From the NCBI RefSeq assembly GCF_009914755.1, contig NC_060931.1: 64,000 nt of DNA. One strand, written 5' to 3'. Made by a program: the position numbers and the translations under genes. This document shows, piece by piece, positions 32,726 through 44,685 of this stretch (positions are counted from its first letter, which is position 1; each line of letters begins with the position of its first letter). Source of the DNA: the human T2T-CHM13v2.0 reference genome, Homo sapiens. Under the pieces are notes generated by a model. The model did no database searches and was not told the origin of the DNA. It was given only the letters and a program-made list of their open reading frames with translations.

Positions 32726-33623
32726 CTTTGTGGTTTTATCTACTTTTGGTCTTTGATGATGGTGATGTACAGATGGGTTTTTGGTGTGGATGTCCTTTCT
32801 GTTTGTTAGTTTTCCTTCTAACAGACAGGACCCTCAGCTGCAGGTCTGTTGGAATACCCTGCCATGTGAGGTGTCAGTGTGCCCCTCCTGGGGGGTGCCT
32901 CCCAGTTAGGCTGCTCAGGGGTCAGGGGTCAGGGACCCACTTGAGGAGGCAGTCTGCCCGTTCTCAGATCTCCAGCTGCATGCTGGGAGAACCACTGCTC
33001 TCTTCAAAGCTGTCAGACAGGGACATTTAAGTCTGCAGAGGTTACTGCTTTTTGTTTGTCTGTGCCCTGCCCCCAGAGGTGGAGCCTACAGAGGCAGGCA
33101 GGCCTCCTGGAGCTGTGGTGGGCTCCACCCAGTTCGAGCTTCCCTGCTGCTTTGTTTACCTAATCAAGCCTGGGCAATGGCGGGCGCCCCTCCCCCAGCC
33201 TGGCTGCTTCCTTGCAGTTTGATCTCAGACTGCTGTGCTAGCAATCAGCGAGACTCCGTGGGCGTAGGACCCTCCGAGCCAGGTGCGGGATATAATCTTG
33301 TGGTGCGCCGTTTTTTAAGCCTGTCGGAAAAGCGCAGTATTTGGGTGAGAGTGACCCGATTTTCCAGGTGCGTCCGTCACCCCTTTCTTTGACTCGGAAA
33401 GGGAACTCCCTGACCCCTTGCGCTTCCCAAGTGAGGCAATGCCTCGTCCTGCTTCGGCTCGCACACGGTGCGCGCACCCACTGACCTGCGCCCACTGTCT
33501 GGCACTCCCTAGTGAGATAAACCCGGTACCTCAGATGGAAATGCAGAAATCACCCGTCTTCTGCGTCGCTCACTCTGGGAGCTGTAGACCGGAGCTGTTC
33601 CTATTTGGCCATCTTGGCTCCTC
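32726..33623. promoter_or_regulatory. L1 5'UTR: internal sense promoter (fires leftward), antisense promoter (fires rightward), CpG-rich, YY1 site
   Basis: YY1 motif CAAGATGGCC at 33607-33616 (minus); ~33170-33600 is the most extended CpG-dense stretch in the window. Confidence 0.85.
33177..33392 (+). CDS. ORF0: L1 antisense ORF0, intact, 71 aa
   Basis: MAGAPPP...LISDCCASNQRDSVGVGPSEPG...VTRFSRCVRHPFL matches primate L1 ORF0 in length and sequence; Kozak gcaATGG; donors CAG|GTGCGG (33283) and CAG|GTGCGT (33368). Expression not shown. Confidence 0.85.
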   Translation: MAGAPPPAWLLPCSLISDCCASNQRDSVGVGPSEPGAGYNLVVRRFLSLSEKRSIWVRVTRFSRCVRHPFL

Positions 33624-33694
33624 AGTGTCCGGTAATCTCTTTCTTGATAGACCTTCCCTCTGAGAGCTGACTTAACTGCACATGTAAAAATATA

Positions 33695-33778
33695 TGTTCT
33701 TTATAGGAGAAAAGGCATACAAATTTATTTGATCATAGTTTTATGTGGCACGGGAGCCTTTAAAATGAGGACCCCACA
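33695..33778 (-). mobile_element. Possible ERV1 (MER4-group, MER31/MER67-like) LTR fragment
   Basis: aggagaaaaggcatacaaatttattt...agttttatgtggcacgggagcctttaaaatgaggaccc resembles a recalled MER4-group LTR motif. Confidence 0.35.
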
Positions 33779-34834
33779 CAAAATCTGTCATTTAAAATGT
33801 TTAGTTTGTGTATTTCTTTATTCTTCCTAGTCTTCAACATAAGCACTACAGCCCCAACCTCTCACACATCTCTACTTACATCATGATAAGTAATTATAAT
33901 TAGCCTTAGATGTCACCTGCCATCTTACTTTTTTGATGGCTCAGAATAATTTGTCTCAATTGTGTGAAGACAACTTTTTGAGTTCAGGTATGAAGCCTGG
34001 GTCATTATCTTATTTCCTGGGTGGGTCGTTATCTTAATTCCTGGCATGCTCCTTTTGTTTAGAAAAATCATGTTAAAAACTTTTAGTGACCTTGTGCATG
34101 GTATTATGATTCTCTGAATTCTTGGCCTAGAACATGACAAATTATACATCAGAAACTCAAAGAAGTTGTACAGCTGTTTTTCTTTGCCATTCCACACCAT
34201 CCACAGTTCATCAACATAATGGTGAAGCAACACACTCAGAGATGTTCCTTTTTTTAAAAAATTGTTTTCCAGCTGTGATAAGAATACAATCATATGTGAA
34301 CAACAAACTGAAAGGAATACTGAAATGAATTGTAGAGTTGAAAGCAAAATATAGAACAAAATGATATTGATAAATGTTTAATTTTATTGTTCATTGCAGT
34401 ATTAAGTATTGTAAGCTATTCAAAATATGAAGAACACTTTTCTACATCTAAGCCAACATTTCTGTTACAATTGATAAAGGAAGTGATTCTAGAAGAGTGA
34501 ATTGAAGTGTACCTCATCTCCTTCCCAGTTGAATTAGTTACTGTTTCACAAGTTTCCTCCAGACCAAATATTATTTTGAAGAATGTGTCAGCCCACATTA
34601 AGCCTTATTGGACCATGTGGTGAAACTCTTTCCAATTCAATGGTTGAGGGTTACTGAAACTCTTGGCAAGAGTGGATGAGGGTAGGGGAAGGGTCACATA
34701 ATATCAGTGAATATTTTCCTATGTCTTCTGAGAAACAAAACAAAAACAAAACAAGACAAATGGGCACCATTTGTTCAGAACATTGCATGAGTCCAAATTA
34801 ATGTTAATGGAAATAAAGCCTTCTGTGTCTTCTT

Positions 34835-35720
34835 TTGTTTTAGTAACATTTCTTCTTGAATAATGTCATCTCTACCAATTGATTTACCTTGTCTCTGCAT
34901 GTTGACTATATTTCCTAACTCTAAACTCCAAAATTTCAAAATCTTCTGCCTAGACATATCTCCAAAACCCAGGCATCTAAAAGTGAAAGATATCACGAAC
35001 TCACCATTTCAAAACTGCAGTAGCTTTTAAAGTTACCTGCTGATAGCCACTTCTTCCACCTATGTAGATGACCATATAATTTATTTTTCAATCTAGGGCA
35101 CTTTTGTGAATTCAAAGTGCTTCTATTAATAATTACCGAGTCTGAATGCATATAGAGGAAGAGTCCTGGGGAAATCAGTATGTATGATCATCCCATATAT
35201 GCTGCATTTAGTTAAATCCTCCATGGAGTCTAAAACTTTGAAAATAGTAATCAGCTTTTTTTCCCTTATCTCACCCCTTTTAAGGAATCATTAGGTCTTA
35301 TCAAGATTACCACCATTAAAAAAAATAGCTTTTGTGACCAGTCATGTACTTACTCCTTATTTAAAATACTCATATATTTTTTTTCCTGAACATGAAAAGA
35401 TCCTAACTGGCTCCTGTGATTTCAGCGTCTTCTCTTTACAATATTCTCATTGCTTATCAGGAGGATTTTTCAAAAATAAAAATCTAGCCAAGTTATTTTT
35501 CTCTCGGCACATTTTCATTACTCTCTTACGCCGCTTAAATGCCTCTTGGGATGTAGAGCCTTTTAGTTTTACGCTTCAGCTGATATAGCTCACCTCCCTG
35601 CCACCTGTTGTTAGAGCCATGTGCAACCATTCCTTGTTTCCCTAATTCAGCGTACTTTTGACTGCATGATGTCTTTATACAAGTCGTACCCTACTCATGA
35701 AAAATCCCTGTCATGTCTTA
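34835..35720 (+). mobile_element. L2 fragments (3' half)
   Basis: atcttctgcctagacatatctcc...aggcatctaaaagtgaa...gaactcacc; atcctaactggctcctg...ctctttacaatattctc...gatttttcaaaaataaaaatct. Confidence 0.6.
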
Positions 35721-36249
35721 TGATTAAGGAAAGCTTAGAGTTTCTTGATTATCTTTGAATATGATTTTATTTGAACAATATAAAGCACATAATATTTTCC
35801 TCTTTCCTTCATTTCTTCCTTTATTTTCTTGGAATTCACCTGGAAAGGCTGGCTGTGAGGTAAATGTTGTCTATTTATCACCCAAACAACTACATAGAAC
35901 ATTTTCATTTTAAAGGCAGATCAGTAGACAGAGTCAAAATGCAGGGACAAAATTTGCACACAATATTCAAGTGTTTAAAAATATGTTTACTTTTGCATTT
36001 TATTACTAATTTTATCTGCAAAATACGAATTACTGTTAGTGAGTAAAAAACAAAATACCCACTTTGTCTAGGATTAATGAAAGTTATATTAATTGTTTCC
36101 TGATACGTATGTTTGCTGACAAAAAGTCTAACTTTCTGGGAGGGAGTTGAGCCTTTATTTTTCTTAGGATTTGATTTGTTAGTTAAATAGGATGATTCAA
36201 GTTTTACTTATGTTTTATAAGCTCTTAGGAATCACTTTATAAACAGCAC

Positions 36250-36750
36250 CTCTTTCCAATTTTCTATATCCTTTTCTTCTGGAACTCATATTAAATCCAA
36301 TTTGGAGAGGTTTAGTCTTGCTTCTTTATCCGTTAACGATTTCTTCTTTGTGCTAAATTGTATGTGATTTCCTTATTAACTATATTCCAATACAATAATT
36401 CTGTTGTTAGTTTTATCTTAGAAATTGTTCAATTTTTCTATTGATGTATTTATTTCAATAACACATTTTTCATTTCTGTAAGTTTTTGACAGTTTGCACA
36501 TGTAGATGTTTCTAAATCTTGTTTTTTTATTGCCTATATTGCTTACTTCATTTATTTGAACTTTTTAACATATTTGCCTTTCTTTCAGATCAATTTCATA
36601 AGTTGTATGATTATAATTCTCTTATTGTTTTTACTGGCACACTTTCCTAACATTTGGTTTCTTTTCATGCTTTATAATGTCGAACAGTGACCTTATTGGA
36701 ATGGGTTGTTTTCCAGATGAATTGGATGTACCCCGAGTTACAGAGATTCC
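36250..36750 (-). mobile_element. Ancient L1M/HAL1 ORF1-region fragment
   Basis: T-rich: ttttcttctggaactcatatt...tattccaatacaataattctg...tttatttcaataacacatttttcatttctgtaagttt. Confidence 0.55.
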
Positions 36751-37818
36751 TTATCTGACTTCTTCGCATTTGACTTAACTAGTTTTGGGTAAATTTTCAT
36801 GGTAATTTCTTGCCTTATTTCTGAACCCTGCACTTACAGGCATGAGGTTCAAAATTTCACAAGTGATTATCTTTACCTATGTCTAGTGCTTACTTCTGTT
36901 CTAATTGGGCTAGTGGGAGGATTTTTTTTTTTATTCTTCATTTTACAGATGGTTCCTAGCTTTAGGTTGAGAGATTAGTTCCAGATTCACATATTGCTTA
37001 GACCTGTGGCCTCAATTTCAGTTCTTGCATGGGTTTTAACACTGCGGCCCCTTAGGCACATTTCATTATGATGCTCCATGTGCTATTTGCTTTACTTCTC
37101 ATTTATCTTTATGGCTACTTCTTCCTCTTTTTTCTACTGTCATTAAAAAACAAAACAGAATAAAAACTTTCTTGCTTTAAAATTTAACTAAGTTAAAAAA
37201 TTCAAAATAAAACTAAACAAAAAAATGTTTGTTTAGCATTTCTATTCAGTGTGAACTGAGAGAAGAGCTTCCCATATTTCCTCTCTGTTTTTGACAAATA
37301 CAAATATTTTGTAATTTTTTTCTAACTTAGATCACATCTTGATCTTCTCTTTGCTCAGATCTTACCTCAACCATTTCTAATATTCTACTTTGTGAAGTTA
37401 CATGCAGTTCTTCTCTAAATACACTTGCAATTTTTCAGCTTATAACCTGGGAAGTAAGTAAGAACCCATTCCTCCAAGATTCTCTTAAGCATATTTGAAC
37501 TTTTCCTTAGCACCCTCTTCCCCCAGGAACTCTTCCTAAGACTAAAGAGGCTTTCCATTCGATGTTGTACCAGTAAAAGTCTGCATGATAACTGATGGCT
37601 AGTAAGCACTAAATAAATATTGTTAAATGAATAAATTCATAAGTGAAAAGAATAAACCAGGCAACTGTATCTAATTCTAGCCTATGTTCTCTTTTCCTCA
37701 GTCCTCTGGGTTTAGGAAAAGCTTCCCTCTTACATTTCCTGTCATACACAGTCTAAATTCTCTCTACCCAAGGTTTACATCAACACTTTAGCTTATGTTA
37801 GCCAGGCTTCCTTTTAAC

Positions 37819-38030
37819 TGTATGCATATATATATATATATATACACACACACATATATATATAGAGAGAGAGGTTTTGGAATACATAAAAATATATAAA
37901 AATATATGCAAATATATATGTATAAATATATCCAAATATATATTTATACATAATATATAAAATATATAAATATATAAAATTATATATAATATTAAAATAT
38001 ATAAAAATATACATTAAAAATATAAAAAAC
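37819..38030. repeat. TA-rich low-complexity/degenerate microsatellite
   Basis: (TA)n(CA)n(TA)n(GA)n followed by ~150 nt of almost pure A/T. Confidence 0.9.
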
Positions 38031-38449
38031 TTAACCATCCCTGTTTTTCAGAACAGTAGTCTGCAAATTACAACTATTCATTTACTTTTTTGTTCTAGGT
38101 AGTTGATACTACTTAGCTCTTGGGGCAATCAACTTTCTTTCCTAGTCTTAGTACTAGAACTTCCAGGAAGCTCTGACTTACTGAACAATGAAAACTCCAC
38201 AGTTAAATATTTTCAAAATCTTATACATATTTCCATGGAGAAGTTACAAAATTACAAAGTTGTTTAAGTGAATTTACAGAGGTTCCCTATTTCACAAATA
38301 GTGATAACCTTGAAGAGATTAAAAACTGTAAATTGGACATTTTAATCTTGATAGTAGAATTCACTATGTGTCCTAAAGGAGGTATAGAAGACATAAAAAC
38401 AAGTGTGCCTGGGATCCAGCAGATAACTACATCTCTGTGGACCCTCTCA

Positions 38450-38805
38450 CTTGTTATACTGGCTATACATATTCACTCCTGCCTTTTGCATACATAATCC
38501 CCTTTGGTTACTCTTCACACTTCAATCATTTTTTTAAGATACATCAAATTTCACCTCTTAGACATGGACATTCTTGACAACTTCCTTCTTGTAAAGTCTA
38601 GTCTATCCTCCTTCACTATTTCTTCCATTTGTATTTTCTGCATGTTTATCCCTGAGCACTAATGAAACATATCATTATGATTATTTACTTAAATGCCTTT
38701 CTTCTCTTTTATATTTGAGTTCTTCAGTGTTCTGTTTCATAAGAATTTTGTGGTGTAATTCTTGTAATATAGTAGTGCTTTATTATGTTTGAATGGATAA
38801 ATCAA
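38450..38805 (+). mobile_element. L2 3' region
   Basis: catcaaatttcacctctt...cttctcttttatatttgagttcttcagtg...tatgtttgaatggataaat. Confidence 0.5.
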
Positions 38806-41426
38806 GATGTAAGTTTAATGTTTTGCTCTCCTTTTCTCTTCTTGTTCCATCTCCATGACTCTGATTCCTCACTTCTTTCTAGTGCATTAAACCATGAACT
38901 TAAAGTGAATGACCACTGAGCTTGCATCTACTGAAAGCTAGCCTTCAGTGGATCTCCACTGGGTAGAAGGAGTGGAGAAGAATGATTTGTGGACTGATAG
39001 ATTTTTACATGGGCTCTCTCTATTGTCTCTGGCCTGTGTCTTGGATTGCTCTTGAGCTGCCACATACAGAATCTTCAGATTGGCAGCAGGAATAAAGAAC
39101 AAATATTCTTTAAAATATGCAATCGTTTCCCATTAACCAACCCTTTCTTTATGTTGCAAGATACATTTAATCCCTTGGGGATGCATAAAAACAAAAATTC
39201 ATTCTTTTATTTCTAGAGAGGGAGAGAGCATGTTTTGGCATGCCAAGAATACACAAACAATGAAGGACTGTCTGAATCACCAGAGTTTAAATTTTGATAA
39301 ACTCAACTTTTAGGGCTGAATGTACTTTATCACATTGCATTTTGAAATTCAGTAATCCATGTATGGCATATGTATCCTTGAATTGCCTACAATTTTCAAT
39401 TAAGCAAACCATGGCATTCATCAGACATTACAAATAAACATAGGTTATTATATTTTTCAATCATGGTGTTTTCAAACATTTTTTTGCCTCCTTCCTGTAA
39501 CATCAAATCTCTTTTCATTTTCAATTTGCCTTCTTCAAACCAGTGCCCCATAGGATGTGCCATGCAAAAATGGCAAGTCTCTATTTCTGCCAAGCCTAAT
39601 TTAGATATCACTGAAGTTTTCAACAAACATATGTGGGAGAATGAATTTGGGAGGAATTGTTAAAGCAAAATGGCTTATATCTGCCGCAGTTTGAGAAAAC
39701 GGTAAAGGTTATTAAGAAATAAACTTCCACTAAACCAAAAATAAGAATAAAGATGCTAAAAGTATGTAATTACCCTGAGTGGCAAATGAGTTTGGATAGC
39801 TATCTAAAATCTATAGGTTAACTGAAAAACAGTGTTTCTTTATGAGCATGATATGGCCTTGAGTTAACGAACCACAGTATCCATGATATGCATTTGTACT
39901 ATAGGTTAAATTTTAAATGAAGCTTAAACAAATAAGGACTCCACATATCGCCCCAAGCAAAACTAAATTGTTATTAGGTTTTACACAGCAGGAGGTAAAC
40001 ATTCTTGAAATAATTGAACGTGATAGGATATTATTCTTACTTTTTTTTTGAAAGTCTTACACAAGACATATCTCATTTCCTCTAAATTGGTTCTGTAGAC
40101 TGAAAAAGGACAATGATCTGATTTGTGGGATGGAACAGAGCCACCTCTTTGTAAAGGATATTAATTATCATAATAAAATACTATTGAAGTAGAGGCAGAG
40201 GAAATTACAATGGATTTTTAACTTGATAAAGGTAGAACTTACTCTTTTGAATTATTCATGAATATTAACTTAATCAGTAAATGTTATAATGCATGTACCA
40301 ATAAGAAAAACATTTTAAATTAAAAAATATATCACATACAGATACTCCTAAACCAAAGTACAATTTTCATTATTTTTTTAATTGATTTTTTTTTTTATTT
40401 GTAAAGGGAGACATGGAGGTGGGGCAGGGCCAGGGAAGTAATGCAGTGTGTCTTTAAATATATATACTTGAATAAATTATCTTCACATATTTATAGTGTT
40501 CTAAAACAAAGTCTTTAAAATTTACAGCATCCAATTTCTCATTCTAGAAACTGAGACCTAGATAGTGAAAATTATTATGTGTTTTTAACATTAGATAATA
40601 TATTTTTGAAATTGAAAACCCTCATTAATACAAGTCAATTTTAACTTTCAGAAAAACGCATAAACTAATTAAATAGGAGCTAATCAATATTTCAAAAGCA
40701 ATGTCATAAAAACCACCTTGAATCTTGTATAATAAAATACATGGTTTGGCTTTACAATAATCCATCCACATTGGTGCTTAAGGTAATGTTTCTCCAGAGC
40801 AAATTTTTTTACACAGTAAGAGAAAGCAAATATATAAGAACAAAGTGCATATAACCACATTGCCAATTTCTGAAATCTTAAGATCAGGTGACCTGTAACT
40901 TAATAAACTCAGCAACACCTTTAACCCTTCCCATAACCTTTCTCCTGTTTCATTAGGATAGCTGTTGGCATCAGCATTAGCATTAGGGAATGGCAGTAAT
41001 ACTTTAGGACACTGTGTTCTGACTACAGAGAAAACAGGTTAGATGTTAAAGGGGCAGCACAAAGTTAAGTTAGAGAAATGGAAATGGCAGGAAATCCAGC
41101 AGGATTGTGGAGCACCATTGAGGCAAAGGGACCCACTCAGGGAAAGAGTCATGGTAGGGATCAAATCCACAGAAGGCCATGTAGAATTCAGTTCAGTCCT
41201 AGGCAGCTTAGTATTAACAGTTAATATGGAGAACCCAGCCATCTTTACTTGAGAATATTTAGAGATGTCTTCAAAGATTTAGGATGCTAAAAGTGGAAAA
41301 AAATTATTAGATAAACCTATAAGAGCAAGAAATAAACAAACAAAAACAAAAATGCTGAAAGGAAAGGATGCAGGAAACAACCAGTGAGAAAACAGTGACA
41401 ACAGGAATCAGACAGGGAACAAGGCT

Positions 41427-41439
41427 GTGGTGGTGGTGG

Positions 41440-41470
<31 letters not shown>

Positions 41471-41476
41471 GGTGGT
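41427..41476. repeat. (GGT)n trinucleotide repeat
   Basis: ~16 units with one GCT interruption. Confidence 0.95.
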
Positions 41477-41774
41477 AGTTAGCTATTCTGGGGAAAGGAA
41501 GCAGATATTACATTAGTACAAAAGACACAGACAAAAGATTAACCTCATAGGAGGCACTGACTTTTCCCAGAATTACTCATTAGGACTGTCCCTCCATTAG
41601 ATTAGGTTCTTTTCTTCTGGGGCATAGGAGTCCTAAATATACTTTTGTAAACTTACTGGCCTTCAGAATGGTAGCTACTCCTCTGCTACACTTCTGGTTC
41701 ACTGGGTTTCCCAGAGGAAATGGTGAACAAGGGAAAGCTTTTTAGAATTATCTCTTTTTTTTTTAATCAGATCT

Positions 41775-42330
41775 TAGTCTAATTGTTTGCCACATTCTAT
41801 TGATTCTACATCTACAATAATTTTTCTCATCTAAGTCTCACTTCTGTTTCTACTTCTAGTGTCTTAATTCCTTCTCTTTTCTTCTATACTGATCTCCACT
41901 CCTTTGTGTCATCCTTTTTAATGCATTCTGCGTGGTGCTATCAGAATCTTTCTGAAATATCAATCTAATGGAATCTTCCCTAGTCAAACTCATCTGATGA
42001 CTACCTGCTGGAGAGAAAATAAACACAAGTTCCTCAATATAGAAATATGACTATTGCATAAAAGATTCTCCACTTAGATTTTATAATCTGTCACACAGAG
42101 TGACATGTTCTTAGATTATACTCTTCCTTCATTGTTTCTCCATTGTTTTCTTAGGAAATCTTACCTATTCCCTTTACAGTGCCATCTCCAATCAGCATGA
42201 TCAGAATCACCTGCTTAAAATATTCTCTCCTCCTGAAACCATTGCATAATGTTGAGATCTCTATCATACTGTATATTACAACATATTTTAATATTATTAA
42301 TCTTTCTCTTCACATGAAGAACTTACCTGG
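41775..42330 (+). mobile_element. L2 fragment
   Basis: gccacattctattgattctacatct...cattctgcgtggtgctatcagaatctttctgaaatatcaatctaatg. Confidence 0.55.
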
Positions 42331-42546
42331 AAAAGAGAAAACTGAGATCAGGATCTATACCAATTCCTGGGCAAAAGGCTAATGATCAATGGGATGTGTA
42401 GTGATATTGAAGGGGTAAGAAAGAAATATTGAAGATAATTTAGTTTAGAGAAATGTATATGATAAAATTCTTAAAATGGGCTCAGGTCAAGAGAATAGTT
42501 GTATTTTATTTGAATACTTATTTGTAATAAGTTTGTATGTAATAAT

Positions 42547-42648
42547 ATGTAATACATATTATTTGTATGTATTACATATAATTTGTATGTAATACATATT
42601 ATTTGTAATAGTATGTAGGAAAGCACTTTGATGTAGGAGAGCACTTCA
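42547..42648. repeat. 3 x 20-bp minisatellite plus adjacent 2 x 18-bp duplication
   Basis: atgta(a/t)tacata(tt/ta)atttgt x3 (42547-42606); atgtagga(a/g)agcactt(tg/ca) x2 (42613-42648). Confidence 0.85.
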
Positions 42649-42967
42649 TATTGTGAATATGATGACCTACTATATAAATATTGATCGGCCTCTGTCTCTA
42701 AGTAACTCATTGTTTTTAAATAGGTTCCTAAGGAAAGTGGTTCCAGCATTAGGGATGGAGGTTATACACATGTTTTCAACAGGTTGGATTCCTCTGTATC
42801 AAAAAGACATGGCTTTTACCATGGCCAAGAGACTAGTTTTCAATTGGCTAAAATGAATCATTGATCTCCAGAGTGTTTCCATAATTCACAGACTAGACAA
42901 TTATGTGGCAGTAAATTGATTGCACTGAATTCCTCACATTATTAAAAGAAATGTGCTGAATGGAAAC

Positions 42968-43356
42968 GATCTCAGTACATTTTGTGCTGCTATAACAAAA
43001 TATCTAAGACTGCATACTTTATGAAGAACAGAAATTTATTTTCTCACAGTTCTGGAGACTGAGAGGTCCAAGATCAATGTACCAGTATCTGGTGTCTGGT
43101 ATGGGCCCAGTCTCTGCTTTCAAGATGATGCCTTGAACACTGCTTCCTTTACTGGGGAGGAAGGCTGTTCATTAAAAAGGGGCAGAAGATAGAGAACCCA
43201 CACCAAATAGCCCTTTTGAGAGCAGCATCAATCCCTTCATGAGGGTGGATACTATATAGCCCGAACACCTTTCAAAAAATTTCCTCTCCCAATTATCTTG
43301 CATTGGGAATTAATTTTCCATACATGAATTTTAAGAAACACATTTAAACCACAGAA
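42968..43356 (-). mobile_element. Solo MaLR LTR, MSTD/MSTC-like
   Basis: tgctgctataacaaaatatctaagactg...aacagaaatttattttctcacagttctggag...tctctgctttcaagatg...catgaatttt...acatttaaaccacag. Confidence 0.85.
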
Positions 43357-44174
43357 GGTATCTATTCTGAAATTAGATTTTGTTTCCTTGTCTTTTATGT
43401 CTCTGCTAGTACCATAGGCTTAGCTGAGCTCTCTTTTATATAGTTTTGTATTTCTCACACCATTATTACTAAGAGAGTAACTTCAAATAAAAATGAGAAA
43501 ATTCCCATAAGATTTACTGGCCTTATCTTAAACTCAGAAGCAGTTGGCTGCACAAAGCAGTGAAATATCTATTTGAGGCTAATGTTTTAACTGGGAGAAA
43601 ATAAGTTTTTAGGTAAGGATTTTATAAGAGCCAATGTATGCTAGAAATAACAAATAATATACATATGGTCCTGCTTCATTTAAACCTTATAGCCCAAATT
43701 CATTGGTTCGTCAAGCAGCCAAAAGTAGAGACTATGTGTGTATGTATGTTTGAGTGTGTTTTGTGTGTGTGTGTGTTTGGGGGAGTGGGGTGGAATAGAC
43801 ATCACAGCTCTATTGGTTATAACTAAAAATGTTGGCTTCTCATCTTCATTATTTGCTTTCTGCTAATTTTAAGGTTTTATTATACATAATATGGTTTTAT
43901 TGAGTTGAAATCTGAGACTGTCTTTTGATGATTAGGAGCTTCTTATGCCACCAGGAAAATGGTAAAATAAATGGGAGAGGTGTCAGCACTAGTGGAGGTG
44001 ATGAGTTGGATGATGTGTACTGTCACAAAATAGGGACAGGGAGAGGTAAGACTGGAATTCTTTCAGTGGAAAGAGAGATGTGTTTTTTTGGCTATCCAAG
44101 GACATGCATTATAATTCACATCCATTTTGCTTTATGCTTGACTTCCTTTTTTTTGTCTAAAGTGATGTACTTTA

Positions 44175-44685
44175 TATGGTTTGTGTTGAGGTATAATTTA
44201 CATAAAATAAAGTGCACAGATCAAGATTGTACAGTTTGATAAGTTTTGACAATTTTATATATCCATGTAACCACCACCCAAGATATAAAGCTTTTCCATC
44301 ATTCCGGAAAGTTCCCTCATGCCCCTTTTTAGTAAATCCCCCCACCTCCCATGCATAATAAGAAATCATTACGTAATTTCTATTAGTACAGATGAGTCTT
44401 CTATATTCTTGGATTTTGTCTAAATGAAATCATGCAGCATATATTCTTTTGTGTTTTGTTGCTTTTGCTCAAAATTCGGTTTTTAAGATCCATTCATTTA
44501 CCAGTAAATTTCTATTTTAGTTTAGTTCTCTGAGTATTAGTTCATTGTGTAAATATACTATGATTTGTTTATGAATTCTTCTATTGATGAACATCTGGGT
44601 TAAGTTTTAGGCTTTTATGAATAAAGCTTCTATATACAATGTATATTCTTTCTTTTCAGTAAATTTTAGCAGTGGAACTGACACC
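44175..44685 (-). mobile_element. L1ME1-like 3' end
   Basis: ttgaggtataatttacataaaataaagtgcacagatc...tgtacagtttgataagttttgaca...ccatgtaaccaccaccc...ggaaagttccctcatgcccc. Confidence 0.8.

Noticed and set aside
32728-33663. Other ORFs in the L1 5'UTR (100, 85 and 81 aa)
   Set aside because: Incidental GC-rich UTR frames; only 33177-33392 matches ORF0
33925-34359. 144-aa minus-strand ORF
   Set aside because: Non-ATG start, AT-rich, no motif or splice context; compatible with chance
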